From NCBI RefSeq assembly GCF_001194135.2, contig NC_068992.1:44133015-44167859 (forward strand): 34,845 bases of DNA, read 5' to 3'. This DNA is from Octopus bimaculoides (Eukaryota). Below the pieces are notes generated by a model, which was not told where the DNA came from, did not search any database, and saw nothing but the letters and a program-made list of their open reading frames with translations. This document shows positions 22,565-32,699 of this stretch, piece by piece. Numbering within the stretch: the stretch's first letter is position 1; every line of letters begins with the position of its first letter. Position numbers and translations under genes: made by a program.

Positions 22565-22950
22565 CTGGGACGTTTGGGGGCGTTTAAGGCGTCCTATGAT
22601 GCGCCAGTAACACTGGTTCCGATATTATAATAATAGACATGGCGTGTATAATCATCAAAGCTTCAGTTTCATAAAGGTGTTATTTTCCAGCATGTTCAGG
22701 AAATGTGATATGTTTATTTCGTATAGATTTTCTACTTCCGTTTTGGGCATAAAATTGTTGAGTTTTCGCGTGTTGGTAATGTCATACGAACATGATATTA
22801 TGGCGATTTTCTTTGTTTTTGTTAGTGATGTTTATTTGGGGTTTCATACTTTCAGTTGTGTATTCATATGTAAGAGAGTATTTTGTAGGTGTGTTTCACT
22901 TTTTCAAAGATTTTACATTCTGCTTCATGTACTGAAGTCAGCTTTGGATT
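22565..22950 (-). mobile_element. Penelope-like element fragment: GIY-YIG endonuclease C-terminus followed by a decayed hammerhead
   Basis: Minus frame ENSTILCPKRK*KIYTK*TYHIS* (cf. NSTxLSKxIWxLKxxxxxYxIxW; both W codons read as TAG/TGA), then HLYETEALMII (cf. CxLCxxEKxxII), then a hammerhead-like fold at 22607-22565. Confidence 0.5.
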
Positions 22951-24117
22951 ACTTCTGCATTTGGTTTTGAATCGAACCTCGGTCAGTTAGATTTCATTTG
23001 ACCACAGTGGCAAACATTCAAACACACATCTATCCATCCATTCATACGTGGATATAGATATACATACATGCATACATGAATACACGCATACACATAGAGA
23101 CATATACATGTACTTATGTGAATGTGTGTGTGCGCGCGCGTGCGTGCATATAACCAGGCAGACATAGAGACGTATGTGCACACACGCACATATTTACATA
23201 ATATAATCAAATCTGAATGCACGAGTAGTATACATACATGCACGCATGCGGCTTTGCAACCGTATATGCTTAAGGGTATACTTATTTGCCGAATAGCGAC
23301 AACGACAATGGATAGGTGCGATGTGACCAACCAAGTGTGGTTGATTCGTACCTGCTGACCATAAGTATTATTCTCGAGGGTCTTCAAAAATCGATTTATC
23401 TGTTAATCCTTTTCTAACCATATTCCATTGAAAACACGCTATCTTTGATTCACTTAATCTTGAAAATAATGAAGAATTTAGTAATATAATTTCATAATTA
23501 TTAAACCGGTGTTACATTAGCCAGCAATTGGGCTGATATTCTACGAAGTTGCCAAATACATTTATAATAAGTATTTATGCGATATTCAGAAGTCATGCCC
23601 AGCAAAATAGTGCGTTATTGCATTTCACGGCGAAATTCAGTCGATTGAAAACACAAATAACCCAGCCATCATGGTTTACTACACACACATACACTCGATG
23701 TATAAATGATTCAAACATACCTGGAAGATAAGACAGAGTTTTAAATTTCATCTGTACTAGTCTTATCCACCCAAAAAGAGATATATTACGTTCAGCATAA
23801 ATTCGTATGACGGGTTGGAAAAGCAATGACAAGCAATTTCTTCTGATTTTGATAATCAAAAATAGCGCAAGTTGATTTTCACTGATAATTAAACCGAAAT
23901 TCTTTCGGTGACTTCTAAGCCTCTCCATGTAGAAATACTCTTCCGATGTTGCCAGCAATATGATTAGAAAGCAAAAAGCTTCCTTGTTTGCATATTTAGA
24001 TATGCATATGCCAGCCCACACACACGCACATAGTGAGGAAAACTAATTGCTGAGAACTACTAACCGTTAAATTGAACATTCATGATTAGTACTACTAGTC
24101 AATGACCTTGACTCCTG

Positions 24118-24193
<76 letters not shown>

Positions 24194-24210
24194 NNNNNNN
24201 NNNNNNNCTG

Positions 24211-24260
<50 letters not shown>

Positions 24261-24486
24261 CACACACCAACATTCACGCACGCACATTGCATCTATTTCC
24301 TTTTAGATATATATTGCGAACAATTAACCTCAACTATCAACGACACATTACACTAAGCAATTTATTAAGGTCACAACCCCATCTAATATAGGCAAGAGAA
24401 TCTCGACTTTCTCTTACAATAATACCTCTCTTAACAAAGTATCAACGTTGTTTCAATAGAGTACACTGAGTTCATTACAGATACAC

Positions 24487-24489
24487 ATG

Positions 24490-24555
<66 letters not shown>

Positions 24556-24571
24556 CCTATCTATCATCTAT

Positions 24572-24615
<44 letters not shown>
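24487..24615. repeat. (TCTA)n-(CT)n-(TA)n microsatellite running into an N-gap
   Basis: Seen directly. Confidence 0.95.
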
Positions 24616-25012
24616 NNNNNNNNNNNNNNNNNNNNNNNNNNNNNNNNNNNNNNNNNNNNNNNNNNNNNNNNNNNNNNNNNNNNNNNNNNNNNNNNNNNNN
24701 NNNNNNNNNNNNNNNNNNNNNNNNNNNNNNNNNNNNNNNNNNNNNNNNNNNNNNNNNNNNNNNNNNNNNNNNNNNNNNNNNNNNNNNNNNNNNNNNNNNN
24801 NNNNNNNNNNNNNNNNNNNNNNNNNNNNNNNNNNNNNNNNNNNNNNNNNNNNNNNNNNNNNNNNNNNNNNNNNNNNNNNNNNNNNNNNNNNNNNNNNNNN
24901 NNNNNNNNNNNNNNNNNNNNNNNNNNNNNNNNNNNNNNNNNNNNNNNNNNNNNNNGCGGACAAAAAATAAGACAGGAAAACAAACAGAAAAGGCTTTACG
25001 GCCAGATGAGAA

Positions 25013-25039
<27 letters not shown>

Positions 25040-25043
<4 letters not shown>

Positions 25044-25245
25044 GTTGTTGTACTTGGGGATGGTCATATTGCCAGTTTAGCCAATAAAAACACACTCACT
25101 GTATATTTGGTGTTAATTTGCTTCAGCTTTATATTACATTAATCTTAATCTTATTTCGGCCAGAGTTCTTTCGTCACACTTCTGTGACCTCATCAGTGGT
25201 CCTTTGTTTCCTTCTTTCTTATGTGTGTCTCACCTTGCTAACTAT
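25040..25245 (-). mobile_element. Non-coding repeat carrying the hammerhead; probable Penelope-like pseudo-LTR or retrozyme-like element
   Basis: Hammerhead plus flanking non-coding repeat-like sequence bounded by (TA)n tracts; the association of minimal hammerheads with Penelope-like elements is established. Boundaries approximate. Confidence 0.4.
25158..25202 (-). ncRNA. Minimal type-I hammerhead ribozyme candidate
   Basis: Minus strand GGACCA-CUGAUGA-G-GUCACA-GAAG-UGUGAC-GAA-AG-AA-CU-C/UGGCC. Intact core, 6-bp stem II, 2-bp stem III, CUC cleavage triplet, stem I CCA/UGG (+GG/CC across a bulged A); one extra nt after A9. Confidence 0.65.
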
Positions 25246-25326
25246 CAGCCATTATATATATATATATATATATATAAGTAAGTATAGTTAACGATTGTAA
25301 TAACCGTCTTATGGATAATAGTATCC

Positions 25327-25388
25327 GCTTTGGTCGGCACGAGGCTATAGTAGAAGACACTTGCCCAAGTTGCTACGCTGTGGGACTG
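25327..25388 (-). mobile_element. SINE family 'C' internal fragment, cut off by the R4/Dong fragment
   Basis: GCTTTGGTCGGCACGAGGCTATAGTAGAAGACACTTGCCCAAG.TGC.ACGC.GTGGGACTG resembles a recalled octopus tRNA-SINE; a very degenerate opposite-strand relative may lie at about 2830-2950. Confidence 0.55.
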
Positions 25389-25389
25389 C

Positions 25390-25965
25390 GAGAAATAGCA
25401 CAAAAATCCAATTTTAGCTGCAAGAGAAGAAAAATGCTGAGACCGCAAAATAATAGACGAAAAGAAGAAAACAAGAGTGAGAAACAAACATCTTTGAAAA
25501 AGAGCTGCATTAGCATTTCATAGAAACGCAGGAAATTGCAGCAGATGATGTTTGATTATGACTGAATAATAGAGAACTTTAGAAAGAAACAGAAGGATTC
25601 ATTGTGGCTGTCCAAAATCAGTCATTGTGAACGAATGTCATTAAAACAATAATAGTCAGAACCAAGTGCTAAGTGTAGAAGAATGTGTTACGAGAAAGAT
25701 GAACCCGTTGTGGACATAATACTTGTAATTCCGTAGTGCAGAAATAATATGAACATAGGCACGATTGTGTAGCCAAAGCATTATGATAGGACATATTGCG
25801 TCAACGGAGCTTTCAAGTAAGCAGACAATGGCATCAACACCAATCAGAGAGTGCGATAGATAATGATAAGTTTTAGCAAGGTCTTACGTGACTTTACCGT
25901 ACAGACAGATCATTATATTGAAGGAAGACAACCAACTATTATTCTTCTGGACAATGTGTCTAAAG
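25390..25965 (+). mobile_element. R4/Dong-like fragment: post-RT region, zinc knuckle and start of RLE endonuclease
   Basis: Broken frames: (K)ELH*(Q)F, KETEGFIVAVQNQSL*TNVIK, KCRRMCYEKDEPV, QK*YEHRHDCVAKAL, VLRDFTVQTDHYIEGRQPTIILLD (cf. CRxCxxxxETxxH...EYKRRHDxVA...WDFxIQTDHxIEARRPDIV). Confidence 0.8.
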
Positions 25966-25970
25966 AGTAT

Positions 25971-25979
25971 ATAATAATG

Positions 25980-26060
<81 letters not shown>
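25971..26060. repeat. (ATA)n/(TAA)n microsatellite between two R4/Dong fragments
   Basis: About 30 units, one ATG variant. Confidence 0.95.
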
Positions 26061-26910
26061 TGAAGATTATACTGAATGGAAAGAACAAAATCAGAGCAAT
26101 CAATACATGGTCTGTCTCTTAAATTGAATATGGCGCTGGTGTCGTTAAGTGGACAAAGAAGGAGCTTGGGGAAATGGAAAGACAAGGAAGTGATGACAAT
26201 AGAAAGACAAGGAAGTGATGACAATGAACAAGGAACTACATCATAAAAGCGATTTCGATATATTGTATGTGTCTAGAAACAAGGGAGGAAGAGGGCTCAT
26301 AAAGTGCAAGGATTGCGTTGTTAGAGGTAAACAGTGTTGCATGGTGCGTCAAACAACAGATGGAACTTTTGGTTGTTGCTGTAAGAAATTAGATATCAAG
26401 AAACTAAGGAATTAGGTATCACTAAGAATAACGAGAACCCAGTGTTATTTTAAAATTGGGATTTTACAGTCCAGTATCATTCGATGATTGATGTTCGGAG
26501 ACCAAGCATTCTTGTAATTATTGATAAAATGATGAAGGAAACCAAAATCATAGGTATTGCCATGACAATGGACGATAACGAAGTAGAAAAGATTGAGAAG
26601 TATGAGCTACCAAAAGATGAGATTGCACAAATGTGGACAATGTAGAAAATAACTGTCATCTTAATAGTTGTAGAAGCATCAGGGATATTAACAATCAGGT
26701 TTGAGAAATTTGTTAAAGAGATTAGGAGTGCCGCGAGGGCATAATATGCTCAGAAAACAGCTTAATTTGTGACTGGTGATTTTGAGACTGGTAAATGGAT
26801 GTTGAGTACTGAAGAAGAAGACCCTGTGAGACCCTCGACAACAAGCTGTTGTCCACTGTTGCAGAATTAGCCGGAACAAGTGAAACTGAAATCTCTGATA
26901 AGTGAATTGT
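26061..26910 (+). mobile_element. 5'-truncated, internally deleted R4/Dong-like element with RLE domain and 3' UTR
   Basis: Starts immediately after (ATA)n: IILNGKNKIRAINTWSV..YGAGVVKWTKKEL..KVMTMNKELHHKSDFDILYVSRNKGGRGLIKCKDCV. It jumps to WDFTVQ..IDVRRPSILVIIDK..KETKIIGIA..EKIEKYELPKDEIAQMWTM*KITVILIVVEASG and ends in TATAATAACAACAACAAC. Confidence 0.85.
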
Positions 26911-26935
26911 ATAATAACAACAACAACAACATTGA

Positions 26936-27138
26936 TAATGGTTTCAAATTTTGGCACAAGGCCAGTATGTTCGTGAGAGTAGGTAAGTCGACTACATCGA
27001 CTCCCAGTGCTCAGCTGGTACTTATTTTATCGACCCTGAAAGGATGAAATGCAACGTCGTATTTGAAATCGGATCGTAAAGACATGTAAAATGCCACTAA
27101 GTCCAGAGTGCAAACGGTTCTGCCAGCTCGCCACCTTA
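26936..27138 (-). mobile_element. tRNA-derived SINE family 'A' copy
   Basis: Reverse complement reads AAGGTGGCGAGCTGGCAGAA (A-box-like head)...GGGTCGATAAAATAAGTACCAG..GAGCACTGGG...CTGGCCTTGTGCCAAAATTTGAAACCATTA. Confidence 0.8.
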
Positions 27139-27170
27139 ACAACAGCAGTAACAACAACAACAACAACAAC

Positions 27171-27383
27171 AATGACTTCAAAGTTTGGCACACGGCCAGA
27201 AACTTCGGGGTAAGAAGTAAGTCGATTACATCGGTCCTTGTGATCAGTTGGTACTTATTTTATCGACCCTGGCGGAATGAAAGGCAGAATTGACCTCAGC
27301 GGATTTTAATTCCGAACCTGAAGAGCCGTAATGAAACACAGCAAGGCATTTTGCCCTGCATTCTAACGATTCTGCCAAATCAC
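27171..27383 (-). mobile_element. tRNA-derived SINE family 'A' copy, tandem with previous
   Basis: Same motifs (TGGCAGAATCGTTAG head, GGGTCGATAAAATAAGTACCA core), separated from the previous copy by (AAC)n at about 27140-27170. Confidence 0.8.
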
Positions 27384-28249
27384 AATAATACTTTTCAAGG
27401 AGTGCTAGATGAATTTTCTTTACATTGAATAACATTTGCTTGGCTTCCTGTTGAAAGCAAACTATTCTAAGTTTGGGGAGTAACCCAAGATTATGATCCT
27501 TGTAAGAATCATATTTTGTGGAGGGCAGCATATTTTAACTAAATACTCTGATTTTCACATAGTTTATCATAAATCAAGTGATTATGTCCACCACAAAAAG
27601 GAAGTGAGGAGAAGGATAATTATCTGTGTTTTGGGGCAGTCATGTCAAATGCCAAAAGATTTGAGATATTCTTTGTTATGGCGTCTTCAATGCTAGTCTC
27701 TTGTCTGAAACTAATGAAGCGCAACGTTTTATGTCAATTTTAGACATTAAATCCCCGGTTATCTACCGTGAAATCAGCAATAAACTACTTTACAATATTC
27801 ATGATATATATCTTTTTTCTAAGATTTGTGTTATCGCTTTTTACATTACTGACAAAGAAAGACAAAACAAAAACAAAGCCCATTGTACTTCACGCAACAC
27901 ATGACTAATAAATAAAGTGAAAATAAACAAGGGGTGACTTATTTTCAATAAATTCTTATTTTGTATTTCGTTCCTTTCACTACAGTAGCGATGTAAATAT
28001 AGAGCGACTTTTGCACTTCCAGTGACTTTATGCACGCACGAACACAAAAACACATACACACAAACATACATACACATGTATAAACAGGCGCATATGTATG
28101 TGTGTGTGTCAGTGTTCGTAATATAAGACGTCTAGGTGCGCGTGCGTGTATATATTCATATACATGCATACATACATATATATATCTGTGCTTGTGTATA
28201 GATATATATTCACATGCACATACATGCTCTCTTATACACACGCACACCC

Positions 28250-28500
28250 ACCTTCATTTTGGGCTCACCACTACTTCCTAGCTCTCCTGTGTAACCCCTC
28301 TGTCCGGCATTCGCCATGATAGATCGCTAGCCACTACACATCCTTTATTTTCTCTGCCTGTTTCTTTCTGTGTTCCTTTCTGTGGAAGAGCTTAGGTTCG
28401 AAACGTTAAAAACTTTTTCCCTTTCCGCGCGTTAAACTAATAAATCTGTTTGTTGTCTATACCACGTGTGTTCGTCTTTTTTTGTGAATTCTCCCTATCA
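28250..28500 (+). mobile_element. Probable Penelope-like pseudo-LTR fragment
   Basis: Pyrimidine-rich non-coding segment carrying the CGAAACGTTAAA motif; boundaries approximate; family inferred only from the ribozyme motif. Confidence 0.35.
28376..28412 (+). ncRNA. Minimal hammerhead-like motif with palindromic ACGU stem III (core variant A6U)
   Basis: CUUU-CUGUGGA-A-GAGC-UUAG-GUUC-GAA-ACGU-U/AAAA. 4-bp stem II (one GU pair), GAAACGU end typical of Penelope-associated minimal hammerheads, weak U/A stem I. Core has U instead of A6 plus an extra A after A9. Confidence 0.45.
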
Positions 28501-29136
28501 TAATGTTAAATATGTATGAAATGGGTCTTAGCATAATCACTATCAAAATAGAAAAGATAACTTTGGTGCTCATAAAACGATAATGATTATGATGATGAAT
28601 ATAATAATGTTAAGAAGAAAGACGACGACGACGACGACGTAGAAAGTGGGTAATACTAATATTTCTGATTATAAATCAACCACTAAAAATCTAACCAAAG
28701 TAAGATACCATCTTATCTTAATTATTCCAATTTTATTTATTTTGGCTCAGTGCCATTGCTGTAAGCCACATTCTCGTCTTAATCCTCACATGTGTATGAG
28801 TGGGGGTGATGAATTTGTGTTACTTTCTTATCACACAATTGCAATAATTAACCGCAATGATAACTGTTATGTCAACACCCTTAACATGCAATCGTGTTAA
28901 CGACATATTAGAACAATTGCTTTTATTTCCTTAAATGTGCGTTAATTTTTGTTTATTTTCACATTTTATCCATTCTGTACTTGACAATAATTTAGCAGAA
29001 GTTTCCATTTGCGAAGTATAATGCTAAATTCTATGTAGACCATTATCGGTAAACATATAGAAAAATTTTATAATTATAAGCATAATCATAATTAGAGTTC
29101 AGCAAATCCTAATTATGCTTATAACTATAAATTTTT

Positions 29137-29177
<41 letters not shown>

Positions 29178-29549
29178 CTCTGATGCTGGAAAACCCAACG
29201 CAGTTCACCCATCTACTATACCAACTATAGTGAAAGAAAGTTAAAAATGGTACCAAACTCACATAACATTCTCCAATTATCTACATCGCATTTTAGTCTC
29301 TTAATTCTATTCCACGCAGACAGTCTTGGACGAAATGATTTAAACCATTGCATTTGAAACATGCTATGTAACATATATTCATCATGATTGTAAATGGTAT
29401 TAGAACTATTCAATATATTTCATATGTGTGGCGAAATATGTTTTCCTCAAATGCATGCAGACACTTTTATTAGCATAAAATCAGACATTTCACACAGAAA
29501 TACATGTGTAAATTTATGAATGAGCACATATCTTTAACTTGAGATTTTA

Positions 29550-30180
29550 ATTCATTTATTTTCACACAGCATGTTATATAATTTTGTTGGCGACACAACT
29601 ATCCTATGAGAATACATTCCGGTATCCAGTGTATCATATATCTAATATTCTGGAAGGGTATTGACTGCTCATTTTTGCTTGGATTATTCAGTATTTGTTT
29701 TTATAACGAAAACAGTAATTGAAGCTGAAACCTATTTTGGCAAGTCTAAAAGGTGAGATTGTTGAGATAATATCCTATGATAAGATCTGAGCGTGGAGAT
29801 TTTCTTATAGTTTAGGGCCGTGTCCTACAAAGTGACGTTGAATTTTTATTGTTTTTATTCAACATGTTTGCAATAACCCTGTTCGAATTCTTCCGTACAT
29901 ACAGCTGGTTGAAGTCATTTCTTCTCCATACTTTCCAGTAACTTTCAACTTGTTTTTCTGATGGTTTGTCTTTTAAAGAGATTAAGTTGTTTACATTGAA
30001 GCTGCAACCGTAGACTAATCATGGATGTCTGGCATTTTGTGTCTATAGCACAAAAAATTATAGTTTAGATTTTAAGCTGTAAGTTCTTTCAGCTGATGCA
30101 GCTTAAAGGTTTTAAATTTTGTATCTCCAAACTGAGATTTCCATTTAACATATTTCTCATATTTGTGAAGGTATTCTCTG
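29550..30180 (-). mobile_element. R4/Dong-like fragment covering the region N-terminal to and at the start of RT
   Basis: Minus strand: LHQLKELTA, KPSEKQVESYWKVWRRNDFN (cf. PxxxEVExFWxxIW), RKSPRSDLIIGYYLNNLT (cf. WKSPGxDxIxxYWxKxLT), QNY..ITC (cf. NYRPITCL); many stops and frameshifts. Confidence 0.6.
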
Positions 30181-30976
30181 TTTTATAATGACAACAATGC
30201 GAAATATTTCTTTGTAGAAACTAGATTATGTTTTCTAATTTTCGGCACCGCACTGGCCCAGATGGGTCTTCATTATGTAGCTTCAGTTATTTACATTAAG
30301 TTAGCTGTGAGATTACCGACACATACATATGTATGTTTATAAATATGCTTTTGTATGTTTTATGATATATTTTATGTGGGTATCATGCATAATGTTTGTA
30401 CGTTTTATACATGTATTATATACGTATGTATGCGATGTATATACGTGTGCATATAAATATAAATAGATTTAATTATACACACACATACACACAAACACAC
30501 ACACACACTTTTGCATCTTTCATCTCGATTTGATGATTACTTCTTTGGGAATGTGGGGATTGGGACAATGACCTGAAACCAGTTCCTGATTCTATAAACA
30601 AATATTTATATGAAGACAGAATTTAGCAAATGCGTTTGGTTTAAATTGCTTCCTGCAGTTTTACACTCACATACTATAATTTGTGCAACACAAAGTGCCA
30701 GTAAATATATCATAAGTTTTCTAATATGAAAGGAACATCATTTGCACCTAAAATTTACCATTGCAAGCACCAAATGTCACCTCACTGTTCCTGTGTTGGG
30801 AACCTTCATAATTTGAATCTGTGTTGTTTATATCTCATAATCTTATTTTCAATTTTCTTTATTTTTTACTTTTAATCCTTCAGACTTTTCTCTGATTTCC
30901 TAATGTCTATGGGTTGTTATTTTCAATTTCTTGAAGTCTAAACAAACTAAATTTTTTATTTATATTTTCAATAAAT

Positions 30977-31194
30977 ATTGGTTTCAAATTTTGGCAGAAG
31001 GCCAGCAAGTTCTTGGGAGAAGGTAAATCGATACAATCGACGTCAGTACTCAACTGGTACTTATTTTATCGACCCCGAAGAGATGAAAGGCAAAGTCGAC
31101 CCCGGTGGCATTTGAACTCAGAGCATAAAGACAGACGAAATGCCGCTACGCGCTTTGCCTGGCGTGCTAACCATTCTGCCAGCTCGTCACCTTA
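30977..31194 (-). mobile_element. Full-length tRNA-derived SINE family 'A' copy (best-preserved copy)
   Basis: Reverse complement: AAGGTGACGAGCTGGCAGAATGGTTAGCACGCCAGGCAAAG (A box)...TCTGAGTTCAAATGCC (B box)..GGGTCGACTTTGCCTTTCATC..CGGGGTCGATAAAATAAGTACCAGTTGAG...GCTGGCCTTCTGCCAAAATTTGAAACCAATATT. Confidence 0.85.
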
Positions 31195-31899
31195 TTTTCA
31201 ATAAATAGTAACTGTATTTTTGAATTCTTTCAATTTTACGTTCTTTTCCCACATTTTTGCCAGTTCTGCTTCCAGAATATTTTACTATAGTCAAGTTTAT
31301 ATCTCTGTATTTTCAATCCAAACATTTCATTTCTACTGACTCAATCAACTTAGTTATAAAATAAGTATAAGAATGCAGCTACAAGATAGATATTTCATTA
31401 TCTTACAGGGCTGAGTATTAACTCCTCATGGACTCCACCAGCTAACAGTCTCTACCTTCCCTACATGGTAAAGAAAGGAAGAATTCTATAAGCAACATCA
31501 TTAATGATTTGGTTTACTGGATTACCGAAGCCACTAAAGTCATTAGTGCATTCAGACAAAATATTATGCCAAGCTGCTTTTAAATAGCTAACTGTCACTC
31601 TTAATGATCTATTAATATTTTCAATTAGTCCAAAGTTAATTATTTTCTAGAATTCTTGAAGAGTTATATTTCGAACAAAAGTGCAAATTGGGTGTAAGAA
31701 ATGATATTTATACCCGGAGGAAATATTCCATATTTTCATGTCTAAATACCAATTATTGAGTAATTAACCCCGAAATGCTCGTATTACCACTGAAAAGTGT
31801 TCAAATATTTCCCTATAGAAGATTTTAAATTACGTATTACTTGGGTTGGCGATACTAAGAATTTACCAGGACAACAGTAGGGGATTAACTAGTTTGCCT

Positions 31900-32300
31900 T
31901 TAATATTCTATTAGCAATTTCTACCCCTACTCAGTTTCTCCTTGACTATTTCTTTATCTACAGTCCTTTAATCCCCTCTTAGCTCTTACCATCTTTTACG
32001 TAATCTTGATTCGTTCTAAACATCTCAAACTAATTATTCTCCTTTGTGCCGAAATATTTCCCATATAGAGTACTCTCATGTATATCTAGTAGGATATTAC
32101 TTACATATAGATCTAAGGTTGATTTACCAAGACAGTATTCTGATTTTCATGTAGTTTGATGTAATCTATTCTCTTAGGAACCATACCCCTGACTTTAGAA
32201 GTAAATTTTTTGTGTATTATATTCCTAAGTTCTAATCGGCTCTTCATACTTCATACCTCTGTTTCTCGTAGAAATTATATCTGTCCATATCGCTTAAGGA
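31900..32300 (-). mobile_element. Possible CR1/L2-type LINE 3' remnant
   Basis: Scattered minus-strand motifs SEYC, GMKYEE and ELRGD*RTVDKEI (cf. LEYC...YEERL...RLRGDLIxVYKI); order and frames imperfect. Confidence 0.3.
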
Positions 32301-32663
32301 TAGTGGACGAAAAACATTTGACCTAGTTTAGTAATTAGTCTTTCTGGACACTGTTCCTAAACTTTAGGGTCACTCTTGGGTTAAATTCGTATTTCTCCGC
32401 ACTAAATCTGCTATCATTTGCACTTAACACAAATGTCCCCTACGTAAAATATAAAATTTTAAACCATTATATTTTAGTTCGTTTCAAACGTTACTTGTGG
32501 CAACACCTTGAATAAACTGCATGGATACGTTTAACAAGGATTTCACGATGAAATCTTAATGCAGCCGAACCAACAGCATGCAAATGGACACCGCATAATA
32601 AGATATCCATGCGAAACAAACATATGTTGGACGAAGTTTAAAGAGTGTATACTGTACAAAAGG

Positions 32664-32699
<36 letters not shown>

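Noticed and set aside
12690-25095. Long ORFs made mostly of X (around 12.7, 14.4-15.1, 19.6-20.5, 24.5-25.1 kb)
   Set aside because: Artefacts of N-gaps having no stop codons.
29570-29625. Plus-strand exon-like segment (CAG...GTATCC) of a second gene
   Set aside because: No recognisable protein or partner exons; the region is better explained as a minus-strand R4/Dong remnant.
30977-31194. tRNA gene
   Set aside because: A/B-box-like motifs belong to SINE heads; no cloverleaf with acceptor stem, and the body recurs as an interspersed repeat.
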